Shown here: positions 23,757 to 32,919 of the stretch, piece after piece
Layout: every line of letters begins with the position of its first letter
How positions within the stretch are numbered: position 1 is the stretch's first letter
Sequence record: OZ035849
DNA from: Escherichia phage vB_Eco_BGP
Reading direction: 5' to 3' (one strand)
DNA length: 64,000 bases
Notes under the pieces: generated by a model
What the model was told of the DNA's origin: nothing
Seen by the model: only the letters and a program-made list of their open reading frames with translations
The model's database searches: none
Translations under genes and position numbers: made by a program

Positions 23757-23953
23757 TGGCGTGGCATCATGAAACTTGGTCTATTGTTATTGTAAATAGT
23801 GGTTTAGTTGGTACTAGTAATGGGCAATTTTGTGTATTCACTAGTGAAATCAGAGCTTGGGAGGAATGCCTTAAATTAAGAGAAAAGAATCCTGATATTG
23901 AACTAACAGTAAAGAAAACTAAACTGCCTTTACCATGGAAAACTTATGAATAA
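23756..23953 (+). CDS. hypothetical protein
   Basis: 65 aa ORF, ATG overlapping pseT stop. Confidence 0.55.
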
Positions 23954-24146
23954 TATAGAAAAGATTTATCGTCTTTGTGATAAAATTGAAAAAGAAAAGA
24001 AATATCTATTTTGTTTATGGCCTATTGTTGACGGAAGAGTAGGCCTAGATGTTCTTGATTATGAAACAGAAGACAAAGTAGATGGTTCAACTTTTGATAA
24101 CGCTTTGGATGTTATTGATTGGCTCGAAGAAAATTATGTGAGGTAA
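23946..24146 (+). CDS. hypothetical protein
   Basis: 66 aa ORF. Confidence 0.55.
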   Translation: MNNIEKIYRLCDKIEKEKKYLFCLWPIVDGRVGLDVLDYETEDKVDGSTFDNALDVIDWLEENYVR

Positions 24147-24148
24147 AT

Positions 24149-24424
24149 ATGTTTCCGACTTACTCTAAAATCGTAGAAGTAGTGTTTAGCCAAATTATCG
24201 CTAATAACATGTTTGAAAAGCTTGATAATGCAGCTGAACTTCGAATCCACGCTCAAGTGACTCATGTATTGAATACTTTGCTTCCAGACCAGGTGGATTC
24301 TGTTGCCATCACGTTGTATCCAGGTTCCGCGCATATCATTGTTGTATTCGGTCTTGATGCTGAGCTAGTCATCAAAGGCGATATTCGCTTTGAATCACAG
24401 ACATCAGAATTCAAAGCAATTTAA
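24149..24424 (+). CDS. hypothetical protein
   Basis: ATG 24149 with SD GAGGT; ORF track ORF 24119-24424. Confidence 0.55.
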   Translation: MFPTYSKIVEVVFSQIIANNMFEKLDNAAELRIHAQVTHVLNTLLPDQVDSVAITLYPGSAHIIVVFGLDAELVIKGDIRFESQTSEFKAI

Positions 24425-24486
24425 TAGTTTACTTTACGGTAGAGTTGTGATATTATAGCTCTACCAAAACAAATGAGGAAATTGAA

Positions 24487-25014
24487 ATGAGCGAATGGTT
24501 TGAAGAAGATAAGGTTTATCGCTTTAAAGCTGGATATAAAGATATTTTTAATGAAACTTGCGGGGCTAATAAACGAATTGCCCAGTTTATTGGGGAAAAT
24601 TCATTTAAAGTAAAAATAGATCCTGCGAAAAATGTTATTAGCATTAAACGCGAAATTGATGATTGTTGGTATAAAGCTGTTGATGTAATGGGCGAATCTT
24701 ATAAAGTTAGCCCGTTATTTTCAATTGCTTATATGTTAGAATATTCTTTTTTCGAAGAAGTTCAAAAAGATGATTCTGTCAGTAAATTTGAAATTAAAAC
24801 TGATAAAGAAATTAAGTGGAAAGTAGTAGGTATTACTGGTTGTATGTTTTATATCTATGCTCAAACTGATACGAAGGAAGAAGCTAAAAAGAAAGCTCTA
24901 GAATATCTTGAAGAGTATGAAGAAGGCCCGGTAATGATTACTCAAGATGCTGAATTAGTTTCTGTCAAATTAGTTAAAAACGTTGAAAGTAAGGAGCTGG
25001 GATCAACATGCTAA
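24487..25014 (+). CDS. hypothetical protein
   Basis: 175 aa ORF after an early-promoter-like gtttac...tattat element; SD GAGGA. Confidence 0.7.
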   Translation: MSEWFEEDKVYRFKAGYKDIFNETCGANKRIAQFIGENSFKVKIDPAKNVISIKREIDDCWYKAVDVMGESYKVSPLFSIAYMLEYSFFEEVQKDDSVSKFEIKTDKEIKWKVVGITGCMFYIYAQTDTKEEAKKKALEYLEEYEEGPVMITQDAELVSVKLVKNVESKELGSTC

Positions 25015-25244
25015 GTGAAAAACCAATTACTGTTAAAGAATTCCAAGAAAAAGTTAAACTATTTGCACAGGAATTAGTAAATAAGGTTTCTGAACGATTT
25101 CCTGAAACATCGGTTCGTGTTATTACCGAAACTCCTCGTTCAGTATTAGTAATTGTGAATCCAGGTGATGGCGATCAAATATCGCATCTTAAACTGGATT
25201 TTGATGGATTAGTTGAAGCACAAAGGGTGTATGGCGTACTATGA
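25008..25244 (+). CDS. hypothetical protein
   Basis: 78 aa ORF. Confidence 0.6.
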   Translation: MLSEKPITVKEFQEKVKLFAQELVNKVSERFPETSVRVITETPRSVLVIVNPGDGDQISHLKLDFDGLVEAQRVYGVL

Positions 25245-25579
25245 TGAATTTAACTGATATAATTGATAATTGTCTTGAAAATGATACTGGCGATCATAGA
25301 GCGCTTGACTCTGAAACAGCAAAGTTCATTAGAATAACTTTAATGAATGATACTCTAGTGAATAGTATTCATCCTTCTGTGTATGATGCTATTATTGTGA
25401 CGAAGTATCCGGTTGAGCTTCACAAAAAGATGGTTGGTGCAATTTTTATTGATAAGAAAAACCGCTTTAAAGATGGGCAGAATATAATTAGTTCTGTTAT
25501 TAAAAGTATAACTAAACTTCGTCACGAAATTTATCGTGTTGAAACTGCTAAATCTGCTTATCTGGTGATTATGAAATGA
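25241..25579 (+). CDS. hypothetical protein
   Basis: 112 aa ORF, ATGA overlap with upstream ORF. Confidence 0.65.
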   Translation: MMNLTDIIDNCLENDTGDHRALDSETAKFIRITLMNDTLVNSIHPSVYDAIIVTKYPVELHKKMVGAIFIDKKNRFKDGQNIISSVIKSITKLRHEIYRVETAKSAYLVIMK

Positions 25580-26157
25580 AAGCGAGTACAGTACTTCAAA
25601 TTGCATATTTAGTATCACAAGAATCAAAATGTTGCTCCTGGAAGGTAGGAGCGGTAATTGAAAAGAATGGACGTATTATTTCTACCGGATATAATGGTTC
25701 ACCTGCCGGGGGTGTGAATTGCTGCGATTATGCTGCTGAGCAAGGTTGGTTGCTGAATAAGCCTAAACATACTATCATTCAAGGTCATAAGCCTGAATGC
25801 GTATCATTTGGTTCAACTGATCGTTTTGTTTTGGCGAAAGAACATCGTAGTGCTCACTCGGAATGGTCATCTAAAAATGAAATTCATGCTGAACTAAATG
25901 CAATTTTGTTTGCTGCACGAAATGGTTCTTCTATTGAAGGTGCTACTATGTATGTAACACTTTCTCCTTGCCCAGATTGCGCAAAAGCGATAGCTCAATC
26001 TGGTATTAAAAAGCTGGTTTATTGTGAAACATACGACAAAAATAAACCTGGTTGGGATGATATTCTGCGAAATGCAGGTATTGAAGTGTTTAATGTTCCT
26101 AAGAAAAACTTGAATAAGTTAAACTGGGAAAATATCAACGAATTCTGCGGTGAATAA
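25576..26157 (+). CDS. cd: dCMP deaminase
   Basis: 193 aa; zinc-binding motifs HAE (HAELNA) and PCPDC; same length as T4 Cd. Confidence 0.95.
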   Translation: MKASTVLQIAYLVSQESKCCSWKVGAVIEKNGRIISTGYNGSPAGGVNCCDYAAEQGWLLNKPKHTIIQGHKPECVSFGSTDRFVLAKEHRSAHSEWSSKNEIHAELNAILFAARNGSSIEGATMYVTLSPCPDCAKAIAQSGIKKLVYCETYDKNKPGWDDILRNAGIEVFNVPKKNLNKLNWENINEFCGE

Positions 26158-26393
26158 TGAAATTTCGTTTGGTAAAGCTCACAGCAATTAGTTCTTATTC
26201 TAACGAGAACATCTCATTTGCTGTAGAGTATAAGAAATATTTTTTCTCTAAATGGAAACAGTATTATAAAACTGATTGGACTAGTATTGATAGACCATAT
26301 AGTTGGAAATCTGATTTAGAAAAATGCCAAAAATTACTTTCCACCCTTAAAGAACGTGGAACAACTCATATTAAAACTGTGATAGGTAAATAA
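26157..26393 (+). CDS. hypothetical protein
   Basis: 78 aa ORF. Confidence 0.6.
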   Translation: MKFRLVKLTAISSYSNENISFAVEYKKYFFSKWKQYYKTDWTSIDRPYSWKSDLEKCQKLLSTLKERGTTHIKTVIGK

Positions 26394-26702
26394 ATGAAAC
26401 TAACAACTGAGCAGAAAGTAGCAATTCGTGAAATTTTGAAAACTAAATTGTCCATGGGTGTTTCAAACGTAGTTTTTGAAAAGTCTGATGGTACTATTCG
26501 TACTATGAAAGGTACTCGTGATGCAGACTTTATGCCAACCATGCAAACCGGTAAATTGACTGAATCTACTCGGAAAGAATCTACGGATATGATTCCAGTA
26601 TTTGATGTTGAGCTCGGTGCATGGCGAGGTTTTTCTATTGACAAATTGATTTCTGTTAATGGTATGAAAGTTGAGCATTTGCTTCAATTTATTGGTAAAT
26701 AA
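26394..26702 (+). CDS. hypothetical protein
   Basis: 102 aa ORF. Confidence 0.65.
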   Translation: MKLTTEQKVAIREILKTKLSMGVSNVVFEKSDGTIRTMKGTRDADFMPTMQTGKLTESTRKESTDMIPVFDVELGAWRGFSIDKLISVNGMKVEHLLQFIGK

Positions 26703-26728
26703 ATGCTTTAAGAATTATTTGTTATTAT
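26703..26728 (+). promoter_or_regulatory. middle promoter (MotA box ATGCTTTA plus TATTAT -10) for gene 31
   Basis: atgcttta at 26703-26710, 12-nt spacer, tattat at 26723-26728. Confidence 0.6.
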
Positions 26729-26758
26729 TAACTCATCTGTTAACAAAAAGGAAAAACG

Positions 26759-27094
26759 ATGTCTGAAGTACAACAGCTACCAATTCGTGCTGTCGGTGAA
26801 TATGTTATTTTAGTTTCTGAACCTGCACAAGCCGGTGATGAAGAAGTTACAGAATCAGGACTTATTATCGGTAAACGTGTTCAAGGTGAAGTTCCTGAAC
26901 TGTGTGTAATTCACTCTGTCGGTCCTGATGTTCCTGAAGGTTTCTGCGAAGTTGGTGATTTGACTTCTCTCCCAGTTGGTCAAATTCGAAATGTTCCGCA
27001 TCCTTTTGTAGCTCTGGGTCTTAAGCAGCCAAAAGAAATTAAACAAAAATTTGTTACCTGTCACTATAAAGCTATTCCGTGTCTTTATAAGTGA
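26759..27094 (+). CDS. 31: co-chaperonin gp31 (GroES analogue for capsid folding)
   Basis: 111 aa [45 protein letters not shown]..., as T4 gp31. Confidence 0.95.
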   Translation: MSEVQQLPIRAVGEYVILVSEPAQAGDEEVTESGLIIGKRVQGEVPELCVIHSVGPDVPEGFCEVGDLTSLPVGQIRNVPHPFVALGLKQPKEIKQKFVTCHYKAIPCLYK

Positions 27095-27241
27095 TATAAA
27101 TAATAATATGAATTGGGTGTCGGAATAATAAGTTAACCGAACAATTCTATGTGGTAGTCTACAACTGAGAGATCTGTCGAAAGAAGATGAAATTCAGAAG
27201 AACGTGACTACCGAGTTTTAATCTCTAACGAGAATTTTTAA

Positions 27242-27490
27242 ATGATTAAACAATTACAACACGCTCTTGAACTGCAACGAAACGCATGGAATAATGGTCA
27301 CGAAAACTATGGCGCATCTATTGATGTTGAAGCCGAAGCTCTTGAAATCCTGCGTTATTTCAAACATCTGAATCCTGCTCAAACTGCATTAGCTGCTGAG
27401 CTTCAGGAAAAAGATGAACTTAAATATGCTAAGCCTTTGGCTTCTGCTGCACGAAAAGCAGTTCGTCACTTTGTGGTAACACTGAAGTAA
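27242..27490 (+). CDS. rIII: lysis inhibition accessory protein rIII
   Basis: 82 aa MIKQLQHALELQRNAWNNGHENYGASIDVEAEALEILRYFKHLN..., as T4 rIII; TATAAATA further upstream (27096-27103). Confidence 0.93.
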   Translation: MIKQLQHALELQRNAWNNGHENYGASIDVEAEALEILRYFKHLNPAQTALAAELQEKDELKYAKPLASAARKAVRHFVVTLK

Positions 27491-27888
27491 TTTACTGGAG
27501 ATTCACTGCCTTAGTGTGAGCTAAAATCGAGGAGCCGTCGAACTGTCTGATTAATGATTTGCGAATCATTATAGTTTTAAGACCCCGGCAGTTTTACGGT
27601 GTACCTCTTGAATGTTATTCTTATAGCGGCAAGTGCATGCTACCCCGAGGTGATGGCCAATCGGGAGTACGCCTCAAGGCCTATATATCCATCAGTATAT
27701 ATCTTATCCTCGAGAAATCGAACCCGGAACCTTTAAGCTAACGGTGTGCAACAGATAAGAGCTATAAGGTATGATGACGGGTTTATGGTTATCCTGGTCG
27801 TTAAATATCCAAAAACCTATGTTCCCCTTGAGGGCTTGCGCAGGCAATGCCAATAAGTCCTGCATTTTCATTTAAAAGAGAATTTATA

Positions 27889-28065
27889 ATGGCAAAACAA
27901 GCTAAAGCAAAGAAAGCAGTTGAAAAGAAAGTTGGTGATTCTAAACGCGCTGGCTACAAGCGTGGGTCGAACTCTCGTATCAATCAAACTGTTGAGAAGA
28001 TCATGCGCCGAGCACGTGCGGTTCTTCGAGATGATGCTTCTCGTTTTGGTAAGCAGAAAGCATAA
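27889..28065 (+). CDS. small basic Lys/Arg-rich protein (hypothetical)
   Basis: 58 aa from ATG 27889 (MAKQAKAKKAVEKK...); followed by a strong terminator. Confidence 0.55.
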   Translation: MAKQAKAKKAVEKKVGDSKRAGYKRGSNSRINQTVEKIMRRARAVLRDDASRFGKQKA

Positions 28066-28070
28066 GTTGA

Positions 28071-28096
28071 GGACTCCTTCGGGAGTCCTTTTTTTA
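28071..28096 (+). terminator. rho-independent terminator
   Basis: ggactccttcgggagtcc hairpin followed by ttttttta. Confidence 0.8.
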
Positions 28097-28176
28097 TTTT
28101 CCAAAGATTGCATAAAGTTGTTTACAGTATGGTTCCTTTGTGATAGTATTATCTTACACAAACAAAGGAGAATAAA

Positions 28177-28509
28177 ATGAAAACGATTAATCTGAACGCT
28201 ACAGTTAAAACTAAATGCTTCAATGGTAAATATGATGAAACTATGTGGTTCTTAATGGCAGTTGAAGGTGATATCATTGAAGTAGAAACAACAGAAGGTA
28301 TGGGAACAGATTTCACCTTTACAATTCAAGTTCATAATTTCTTTACTGGTTGGATTTATGAATTGAATACAGTAATCGTTGGAAAAATTGAACAAAATGA
28401 ATTAGGTGAATGGTATTATGTTACAGCTCGCCAACGTGCCGAACGCTTAATTGAGAAGATGAAAAAAGTTGGTAAACTTGACATGCAGCATTGGAAAGTA
28501 GTAAAATAA
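28177..28509 (+). CDS. hypothetical protein
   Basis: 110 aa ORF, SD AAGGAG, preceded by early-promoter-like gtttac...tagtat. Confidence 0.7.
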   Translation: MKTINLNATVKTKCFNGKYDETMWFLMAVEGDIIEVETTEGMGTDFTFTIQVHNFFTGWIYELNTVIVGKIEQNELGEWYYVTARQRAERLIEKMKKVGKLDMQHWKVVK

Positions 28510-28576
28510 TTGTTTACTTTGGTACAGGACATGATATTATATACCTGTACCGCAATTAAACATCTTGGAGAATAAA

Positions 28577-28942
28577 ATGAACTACATTAACTTTGAACGT
28601 AAATATGTTTCTAATGGTATTGCAGGTTCTATTGATACCATCTGCCTTTGGAAACATCAAAATGGATCAGTATGCGAAATCGAACAGTATATGACTCCTA
28701 ACTACGTTTATATGCGATTTGAAAACGGTATCACGGTTTCAATCACGATGGAAGGTTCCAACTTTAAAATCGCTCTGGATGATGATTTCCGTCAACGTGA
28801 TTTAGGGACTCATCCTTGCTGGAATGGTGCTAATCGTAAACTCTTAGTTAAAACTTGGATTCGTCATATTCTGAGTAACAAAGCTAAACCTGAGCACTTG
28901 GAAGCAATCTTTGATGTAGTTCTTAACGAATTTGATATTTAA
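28577..28942 (+). CDS. hypothetical protein
   Basis: ATG 28577 with SD GGAG; ORF track start 28565 is TTG. Confidence 0.7.
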   Translation: MNYINFERKYVSNGIAGSIDTICLWKHQNGSVCEIEQYMTPNYVYMRFENGITVSITMEGSNFKIALDDDFRQRDLGTHPCWNGANRKLLVKTWIRHILSNKAKPEHLEAIFDVVLNEFDI

Positions 28943-28981
28943 AATAAATGAGGGGCTTCGGCCCCTATTGAGGAAAATATT

Positions 28982-29269
28982 ATGTTTATGACTACTTATT
29001 TTGATACCCGCAAAAATTTCTGTGAAGTTGTTTTCTCAAAGGCACCTAAAGACCTTCCTGCACATTTGCAACCTACTAGCGAATCGATTAAAAACTACGT
29101 TGATGTGGTTTGTCCTTTAGAGTTCCGTACTGTAAATGGGCGTGATACTTTAGCTATCACTAAACTCAATCGCGAAATTGACATTGACCCTTCAATTGCG
29201 CGCGAAATTAATATCTCTGATATTGGCGGCGGTAATGTTAAATCGCACGGTTTTCAGATGAGGTTCTAA
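28982..29269 (+). CDS. hypothetical protein
   Basis: 95 aa ORF after hairpin aggggcttcggcccct; SD GAGGA. Confidence 0.7.
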   Translation: MFMTTYFDTRKNFCEVVFSKAPKDLPAHLQPTSESIKNYVDVVCPLEFRTVNGRDTLAITKLNREIDIDPSIAREINISDIGGGNVKSHGFQMRF

Positions 29270-29466
29270 TGAAATTCTTTTTAGGTCAAACTGTTGAATT
29301 AAAGGGAGTTGGTATACCTGGATTAATTTCTAAGGTTCTACCTCCATTTAAATGGAGTGGTATTCAAATAAAAGAGGCTTATATTGTTTCCTGGGTAGAT
29401 GGAAATGAAGACCTTCGTATGGGTGATGAATTATCTCCTATCTACGGATTAAAGGAATTAGTATGA
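29269..29466 (+). CDS. hypothetical protein
   Basis: 65 aa ORF, start overlaps upstream stop. Confidence 0.6.
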   Translation: MKFFLGQTVELKGVGIPGLISKVLPPFKWSGIQIKEAYIVSWVDGNEDLRMGDELSPIYGLKELV

Positions 29467-29669
29467 ATATAATTAATAAGATTTTTGGAATTCAGTACAT
29501 TAAGGTCACATATAAAGTAACAGATAAAAATCCATATACTGATGAACGTGAAGAACCACGAGTTGAGTCTATTATATTAGAAAAGGACCCTAACTGGCCA
29601 GTTGAATTTCGTCTTCCTTGCTATGGTCATTGGGCTGATGTTGAAATTATAAGCATTGAAAATGTCTGA
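29463..29669 (+). CDS. hypothetical protein
   Basis: 68 aa ORF, ATGA overlap. Confidence 0.6.
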   Translation: MNIINKIFGIQYIKVTYKVTDKNPYTDEREEPRVESIILEKDPNWPVEFRLPCYGHWADVEIISIENV

Positions 29670-30120
29670 GTTAGAGATTAGAAGCAATTTTAGGTGGCCA
29701 TCATGTGCATTAAGTAATTTCGCCCAATGGCCTTTCGTTATGGATGGTATTCAATTTGGAGGTCTTGAAGGATTCCTCCAAGGATGCAAGGTGAAAAACG
29801 TTGAACAACAACGTCGTATATTTGGGTTATCCGGGCTTGCCGCTCAACAAGCTGGAAGGTCTTATGCTAGAGCTCAGGACCGTGGGACCCTCTTCTGGCT
29901 TGGAGTTCCATTTTCAAGATACTCCCCGGCGTGGAAAGAATTATACACAAATGCATATTTTGAAGCAGCGATCCAAAACAAGGGCTTTCGTGATGCATTA
30001 CAAGCCTCGAAAGGAAAAGTTTTGAAGCACAGCATGGCTAGTGGTCTAACAAAAGATGATACAATACTAACCGAAGCTGAATTTATTGATGTGTTAAACC
30101 TATTAAGAGACTCTCTATGA
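29656..30120 (+). CDS. NADAR / YbiA-like (DUF1768) domain protein, putative ADP-ribose-processing hydrolase
   Basis: Segment LSNFAQWPFVMDGIQFGGLEGFLQGCKV resembles E. coli YbiA FSNFAAWPIKVDGKTWPTSEHYFQAQKF; C-terminal half also similar. Confidence 0.65.
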   Translation: MKMSELEIRSNFRWPSCALSNFAQWPFVMDGIQFGGLEGFLQGCKVKNVEQQRRIFGLSGLAAQQAGRSYARAQDRGTLFWLGVPFSRYSPAWKELYTNAYFEAAIQNKGFRDALQASKGKVLKHSMASGLTKDDTILTEAEFIDVLNLLRDSL

Positions 30121-30956
30121 AGCCTACTATTTTAACTGATATTGATGGAGTGTGTTTAAGCTGGCAATCAGGCCTTCCTTATTTTGCTCAGAAATATAAT
30201 CTTCCGTTGGAACATATTTTAAAAATGATCCAAGATGAAAAATTTATTTCTCCTGGTAAACTTTTTAATTGTGATGAAGAACTTGGTGTCAAGTTAATTG
30301 AAAAATACAATCGTTCAGATTTTATTCGTTACTTGTCTCCATATAAAGATGCTCTGTGTGTAATTAACAAATTAAAAGAAGATTATAATTTTGTAGCTGT
30401 TACAGCGCTGGGTGATTCTATTGACGCTCTGCTGAATCGTCAATTTAATTTGAATGCTCTTTTTCCTGGTGCCTTCTCAGAAGTACTGATGTGTGGTCAT
30501 GATTCTTCAAAAGAAGAGTTGTTCAAAAAGGCAAAAGAGAAATATAACGTAATTTGTTATATTGACGATCTCGCTCACCACTGCGATCACGCGAGTGAAA
30601 TATTAAGTGTTCCTGTTTATTGGATGGCTCGAGGGGAACGTGACAGTATTCCAAAAACTGCTCAGCGAGTTTATACATGGAACGATGTAGAGAATAAGCT
30701 TTTTTCACCAAAGGAAAATAAAGAAAGTTTTGATAGTGAAAAAGCTATAAAAGATGTAATTGAAAAGATGATTAAAAACGATTCTTTTCGTTGGAACACT
30801 ACCTGGAGAACTCCTGGATTTAATCCTTATAATCATCTATATCATCCATATCAGACACATCCGTTTCAGACATGGAACTATATTAAACCCGGCGGTATAG
30901 AGTATTTGTATAATAGACCTACTTGTGGTGATAATATTTTCCAAGGAGCATTCTAA
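30117..30956 (+). CDS. HAD-superfamily hydrolase (putative nucleotidase/phosphatase)
   Basis: N-terminal motif ILTDIDGV (HAD motif I DxDG[TV]); 279 aa. Confidence 0.55.
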   Translation: MKPTILTDIDGVCLSWQSGLPYFAQKYNLPLEHILKMIQDEKFISPGKLFNCDEELGVKLIEKYNRSDFIRYLSPYKDALCVINKLKEDYNFVAVTALGDSIDALLNRQFNLNALFPGAFSEVLMCGHDSSKEELFKKAKEKYNVICYIDDLAHHCDHASEILSVPVYWMARGERDSIPKTAQRVYTWNDVENKLFSPKENKESFDSEKAIKDVIEKMIKNDSFRWNTTWRTPGFNPYNHLYHPYQTHPFQTWNYIKPGGIEYLYNRPTCGDNIFQGAF

Positions 30957-31225
30957 TGTTTGTTGTTCACACTATTTATGAAAATGAAGGTAATACTACA
31001 CGTGATTACGGTCACGTAAATCAATTTTTTAGATGCAATCCAGAATTCCGAGCTCAAAAAGACGAACGAATTTTTAAAAAATGTGTAGAGCAAGGTTTCA
31101 TTTATATCAAGCACTGGATGCAAGGAAATAAAGTTAGAACTACATATCATAGGTCTTTAACTGAGCTTAATGATGAATTGATTTATAATAGAGCTGTAAA
31201 TCAAACTCTGAAGGATGAACAATGA
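30956..31225 (+). CDS. hypothetical protein
   Basis: 89 aa ORF directly upstream of DNA ligase, overlapping start/stop. Confidence 0.65.
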   Translation: MFVVHTIYENEGNTTRDYGHVNQFFRCNPEFRAQKDERIFKKCVEQGFIYIKHWMQGNKVRTTYHRSLTELNDELIYNRAVNQTLKDEQ

Positions 31226-32685
31226 TTCTTAAAATTCTGAACGAAATAGCATCTATTGGTTCAACTAAGCAGAAGCAAGCAATTCTTGAAAAGAATAAAG
31301 ATAATGAATTGCTTAAACGAGTATATCGTCTGACTTATTCTCGTGGGTTGCAGTATTATATCAAGAAATGGCCTAAACCTGGTATTGCTACCCAGAGTTT
31401 TGGAATGTTGACTCTTACCGATATGCTTGACTTCATTGAATTCACATTAGCTACTCGGAAATTGACTGGAAATGCAGCAATTGAGGAATTAACTGGATAT
31501 ATCACCGATGGTAAAAAAGATGATGTTGAAGTTTTGCGTCGAGTGATGATGCGAGACCTTGAATGTGGTGCTTCAGTATCTATTGCAAACAAAGTTTGGC
31601 CAGGTTTAATTCCTGAACAACCTCAAATGCTGGCAAGTTCTTATGATGAAAAAGGCATTAATAAGAATATCAAATTTCCAGCCTTTGCCCAGTTAAAAGC
31701 TGATGGGGCTCGGTGCTTTGCCGAAGTCAGAGGTGATGAATTAGATGATGTTCGTCTTTTATCACGAGCCGGTAATGAATATCTAGGATTAGATCTTCTT
31801 AAGGAAGAATTAATCAAAATGACCGCTGAAGCCCGCCAGATTCATCCAGAAGGCGTGTTAATTGATGGCGAATTGGTATACCATGAGCAAGTTAAAAAGG
31901 AGCCAGAAGGCCTAGATTTTCTTTTTGATGCTTATCCTGAAATTAGTAAAGCCAAAGAATTCGCCGAAGTAGCTGAATCACGTACTACTTCTAATGGAAT
32001 CGCTAATAAATCTTTAAAGGGAACCATTTCCGAAAAAGAAGCTCAATGCATGAAGTTTCAGGTCTGGGATTATGTCCCGTTGGTAGAAATATACGGTCTT
32101 CCGGCGTTTCGTTTGAAATATGATGTACGTTTTTCTAAACTAGAACAAATGACATCAGGCTATGATAAAGTAATTTTAATTGAAAACCAGGTAGTAAATA
32201 ACCTAGATGAAGCTAAGGTAATTTATAAAAAGTATATTGACCAAGGTCTTGAAGGTATTATTCTCAAAAATATCGATGGATTATGGGAAAATGCTCGTTC
32301 AAAAAATCTCTATAAATTTAAAGAAGTAATTGATGTTGATTTAAAAATTGTAGGAATTTATCCTCACCGTAAAGACCCTACTAAAGCGGGTGGATTTATT
32401 CTTGAGTCAGAGTGTGGAAAAATTAAGGTAAATGCTGGTTCAGGCTTAAAAGATAAAGCCGGTGTAAAATCACATGAACTTGACCGTACTCGCATTATGG
32501 AAAACCAAAATTATTATATTGGAAAAATTCTAGAGTGCGAATGCAACGGTTGGTTAAAATCTGATGGCCGCACTGATTACGTTAAATTATTTCTTCCGAT
32601 TGCGATTCGTTTACGTGAAGATAAAACTAAAGCTAATACATTCGAGGATGTATTTGGTGATTTTCATGAGGTAACTGGTCTATGA
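31222..32685 (+). CDS. 30: ATP-dependent DNA ligase
   Basis: 487 aa, MILKILNEIASIGSTKQKQAILEKNKDNELLKRVY...; adenylation lysine motif KADGAR; same length as T4 ligase. Confidence 0.97.
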   Translation: MILKILNEIASIGSTKQKQAILEKNKDNELLKRVYRLTYSRGLQYYIKKWPKPGIATQSFGMLTLTDMLDFIEFTLATRKLTGNAAIEELTGYITDGKKDDVEVLRRVMMRDLECGASVSIANKVWPGLIPEQPQMLASSYDEKGINKNIKFPAFAQLKADGARCFAEVRGDELDDVRLLSRAGNEYLGLDLLKEELIKMTAEARQIHPEGVLIDGELVYHEQVKKEPEGLDFLFDAYPEISKAKEFAEVAESRTTSNGIANKSLKGTISEKEAQCMKFQVWDYVPLVEIYGLPAFRLKYDVRFSKLEQMTSGYDKVILIENQVVNNLDEAKVIYKKYIDQGLEGIILKNIDGLWENARSKNLYKFKEVIDVDLKIVGIYPHRKDPTKAGGFILESECGKIKVNAGSGLKDKAGVKSHELDRTRIMENQNYYIGKILECECNGWLKSDGRTDYVKLFLPIAIRLREDKTKANTFEDVFGDFHEVTGL

Positions 32686-32870
32686 AAGCTTACTTAGAAA
32701 CAATTGTCATTGCTCAAAAAGAAGGTGGAGATGTTTCTACTTCTGTATCACAAGTCATTCTCGAATTTGTAGATGCATACGCTTATAATAAATTTACAGA
32801 AACATTTGATGCCTATGAAAAAGGACCAAAGTTTGAAATATATCGTACTCTCTTACCACTAGATTACTAA
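32682..32870 (+). CDS. hypothetical protein
   Basis: 62 aa ORF overlapping ligase stop; followed by hairpin aggccttcgggcct. Confidence 0.55.
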   Translation: MKAYLETIVIAQKEGGDVSTSVSQVILEFVDAYAYNKFTETFDAYEKGPKFEIYRTLLPLDY

Positions 32871-32891
32871 AGGCCTTCGGGCCTTTAATTT

Positions 32892-32899
32892 TATAAATA
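32892..32899 (+). promoter_or_regulatory. late promoter TATAAATA upstream of alt
   Basis: tataaata ~20 nt upstream of the alt ATG; consistent with late expression of a virion-packaged protein. Confidence 0.65.
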
Positions 32900-32919
32900 G
32901 AATAAACACTAGAGAGGAT

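Noticed and set aside
27709-27730. tRNA-like T-arm motif (tcgaacc / ggttcgat on the minus strand) inside the GC-rich island
   Set aside because: Could not build a cloverleaf: no complementary T-stem partner, acceptor stem or anticodon arm on either strand.
27559-27741. 60-aa plus-strand ORF from the ORF track in the rIII-downstream island
   Set aside because: Starts at TTG with no SD, low-complexity composition; the in-frame ATG candidates give peptides under 35 aa.
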